DNA of 64,000 nucleotides from Deltaproteobacteria bacterium (GTDB taxonomy: Bacteria > Myxococcota > JACRCW01). Positions 61,926 through 64,000 of the stretch are shown piece after piece. Location: positions 62,001-126,000 of the forward strand of contig JACRCW010000080.1 in assembly GCA_016218805.1 (NCBI GenBank), written 5' to 3'. The notes under the pieces were generated by a model that was not told where the DNA came from, ran no database searches, and saw nothing but the letters and a program-made list of their open reading frames with translations. Numbering within the stretch: the first letter of the stretch is position 1; every line of letters begins with the position of its first letter. The position numbers and the translations under genes were made by a program.

Positions 61926-62528
61926 TCACTTCCACGCCGCCGTCCAGCGCGCCGCGGTGTCCGAATGCGCCGTGAGGTCCAGCCGCACGCTCTGGGCCCG
62001 CGCCGCCGTGAGCGACGCGCGGAAGGCCTCGCCCAGCGCGCGGGCCATCAGCTCCGGGTACAGCCCGCGCGGGTAGGTCACCGCCAGGCGCGCGCTGGTC
62101 TTGTCCCCGTCAGGCACCAGCGTGGTCCCGCGCCGGAACGTGCCCCAGCGGCGGGCGCCGCCCATCAGCACCAGGCTGGGAGACAGCACAAACATGAGCA
62201 TCCGGTACACCGGTGACGAGAACACCTTCATGGCCAGGTCAAAGTTCCACGTCAGGAACGCCTGGTCCGTGGTGAGCGCCACGTCCCGCACCATCAGCCG
62301 CAGCGCGGTGCCCATCACGTCCGGGATCCACTCCTCTGACGTCACCGCGCGCTGGATGCGCTCCCTGATGGCGGGCTCCACGCCGCGTTCCAGCAACTGC
62401 GGGAAGTCCAGCACGGCCATGCGCCCCGTCTCGGCCCGCGCCTGGCACTCCGGGTAGCTGTTCCACCCGTCTGGCAGTGAGCGCAGGTAGGCCGATGCGC
62501 GCGGAAAGCGTTCCGGATCCAACGTCAC
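61926..62528 (-). CDS. Myxobacterial-type hypothetical protein (DUF2378-like)
   Basis: RBS AGGAG before the GTG; YLRSLPDGWNSYPEC..SPVYRML..RWGTFRRG. Confidence 0.7.
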   Translation of the reverse strand: MTLDPERFPRASAYLRSLPDGWNSYPECQARAETGRMAVLDFPQLLERGVEPAIRERIQRAVTSEEWIPDVMGTALRLMVRDVALTTDQAFLTWNFDLAMKVFSSPVYRMLMFVLSPSLVLMGGARRWGTFRRGTTLVPDGDKTSARLAVTYPRGLYPELMARALGEAFRASLTAARAQSVRLDLTAHSDTAARWTAAWK

Positions 62529-62633
62529 GGTGTACTCCTGGCGTGAGGTCCCCGACGTCACGACTACCACGCGCGGGGGCGCCCCGCACCACCGGTTGAC
62601 GCCCACAGGCGCCGCCGCGGATAGCTGCCCGCC

Positions 62634-63476
62634 ATGCTGCCTCCCGCTGACTTGATGGAGACCTGCGCGGAACTCGCGGCCGGCGCGGGGCGCATCCTGG
62701 CCGAGCTGTTCATGCAGCCGCGCACGGTGCACGAAAAGGCGCACAACGACCTGGTCACCGATGCGGACCGCGCCAGTGAAAGCTGGCTGCTGGCCCAGGT
62801 GCGCCGCCGCCACCCGGACCATGCACAGCTCGTTGAGGAATCCGGGGCGTTTGACCTGGCTGGCGCGCCGTACACCTGGGTGATGGACCCGCTGGACGGG
62901 ACCACCAACTACGCGCACGGTTTCCCGCACTTCAATGTGAGCGTGGCGGTGTGCACGCCGGATGCGCTGCCGGTGGCGGGCGCCGTGGCGGACCCCATGC
63001 GGGATGAATTGTTCGTCGCGGCGCGCGGCGCGGGTGCGTGGCTGCGCACCCCGGGGGGAGCGCGGCGCCTGTCTGTGACGTCATGCGCCGCGGTGTCCAC
63101 CGCGCTGCTGGCCACGGGCTTTCCGTATGACCGCGCGCGTGAACCGGACAACAACCACGCCGAGCACGACGCCATGAGCTGCGCCTCCCACGGCGTGCGC
63201 CGCGCGGGCGCGGCCGCGCTGGATCTCGCGTACGTCGCGGCGGGCCGGCTGGATGGCTACTGGGAGGCCCACCTCAAGCGCTGGGACCTGGCGGCGGGGG
63301 CGCTGTTGGTGTTGGAGGCCGGCGGGGTGGTCACGGGCTATGACGGCCGCCCGTTTGACGGGAAGATGTCCGCCGTCGTCACGGCGGGGCCGCGGGTGCA
63401 CGCGGACCTGCTGGCCGGGATTGCGGACGTGCGGCGCGCGCGCGGCCTGCCCGCGGCCCCGGCCCGCTCCGCCTGA
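62634..63476 (+). CDS. suhB: Inositol monophosphatase family protein
   Basis: DLVTDAD..SE, WVMDPLDGTTNY, TGFPY, RRAGAAALDL and WDLAAG. Confidence 0.93.
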   Translation: MLPPADLMETCAELAAGAGRILAELFMQPRTVHEKAHNDLVTDADRASESWLLAQVRRRHPDHAQLVEESGAFDLAGAPYTWVMDPLDGTTNYAHGFPHFNVSVAVCTPDALPVAGAVADPMRDELFVAARGAGAWLRTPGGARRLSVTSCAAVSTALLATGFPYDRAREPDNNHAEHDAMSCASHGVRRAGAAALDLAYVAAGRLDGYWEAHLKRWDLAAGALLVLEAGGVVTGYDGRPFDGKMSAVVTAGPRVHADLLAGIADVRRARGLPAAPARSA

Positions 63477-63483
63477 GCGTTCC

Positions 63484-63822
63484 TCAGGCCGCAAACGGCG
63501 CGCCCGCCACCACGACCTCAAAGGCCAGGCCCTGTTCGCGCACGCCGGCGCCCAGGCGGCGCAGCGTGGAGGCGGTACGCGGGTCCGGCGCCTGCGCCAG
63601 TTCCAGCCGGATCACCACGTCCTTGCCCTCCGCGCCCGGGTACAGCTCTGACATCCGCCCATCCAGCGCAAACCCCAGGTACGCGTTGAGCTTGGCCTGC
63701 AGCCGCTTGAGGCGGACCACGCTGCCGTCCCACGGCCCGTCCTCCACCACCACCAGGCGGTACAGGTCCGCGGCCTGGTCAAAGGCCACCACGTCAATGT
63801 GACCGGGGTTGTCAATGCCCAT
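63484..63822 (-). CDS. DUF6572-like small protein
   Basis: IDNPGHIDVVA..PWDGS..LQAKLNAYLGFALDG.M..LYP. Confidence 0.75.
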   Translation of the reverse strand: MGIDNPGHIDVVAFDQAADLYRLVVVEDGPWDGSVVRLKRLQAKLNAYLGFALDGRMSELYPGAEGKDVVIRLELAQAPDPRTASTLRRLGAGVREQGLAFEVVVAGAPFAA

Positions 63823-63947
63823 GCCGGCGTGTGGGGGAGCCATGTGGGCCCAACTTCTCCGGCCCCCACGCGGCGCGTCAACACCAGCCGCCGCCCCGTT
63901 TTTCCCCCTCCGCGCCCCCCGTGTGTTACGTTCGTGTGGAGACACAC

Positions 63948-64000
63948 ATGATCTCCCCGGTGCTGTTGACCCTGGCCCTGTCCGCCGCCGCGCCCGACGC
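63948..64000 (+). CDS. Start of a probable exported protein, truncated by the window end
   Basis: RBS GGAGA, then MISPVLLTLALSAAAPD (signal peptide-like). Confidence 0.55.
   Translation, partial: MISPVLLTLALSAAAPD

Overview
GC-rich bacterial chromosomal window, most likely Myxococcota or a related deltaproteobacterial lineage (inferred from Glt-like gliding/envelope genes, AgmX/PglI-type domains and DAG-repeat Cys-rich lipoproteins). Core genes include the 5' part of dnaK, ggt, tpiA, purA, trxB, nadE, a purine nucleoside phosphorylase and suhB. The glycolytic operon is unusual: a single-ORF GAPDH-PGK fusion, then a catalytically degenerate second PGK, then tpiA. An 8-gene Glt/Nfs-like envelope cluster spans 18.0-30.2 kb. 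An accessory metal/sulfur island (32.2-44.2 kb) carries CzcCBA-type efflux with a Cys-rich leader ORF, cytochrome c', an SQR-like flavoprotein, DsrE, ArsR-rhodanese, a Cys/Met PLP lyase, a BlaI/M56 pair with two operators, and a decayed efflux adaptor. The strongest unannotated signal is in the 5454-6069 intergenic region: a complete sigma-54 architecture (-24/-12 box, IHF-like site, upstream palindromes) driving a ~130-nt minus-strand small RNA with UNCG and GNRA hairpins and four GGAAUG repeats. One repeat lies in a 10-nt stretch perfectly complementary to the sequence just upstream of the Shine-Dalgarno of the divergent, catalytically degenerate Fic gene. No rRNA, tRNA, CRISPR array, integrase or transposase was seen. 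All assignments come from motif recognition by eye; no database search was run.
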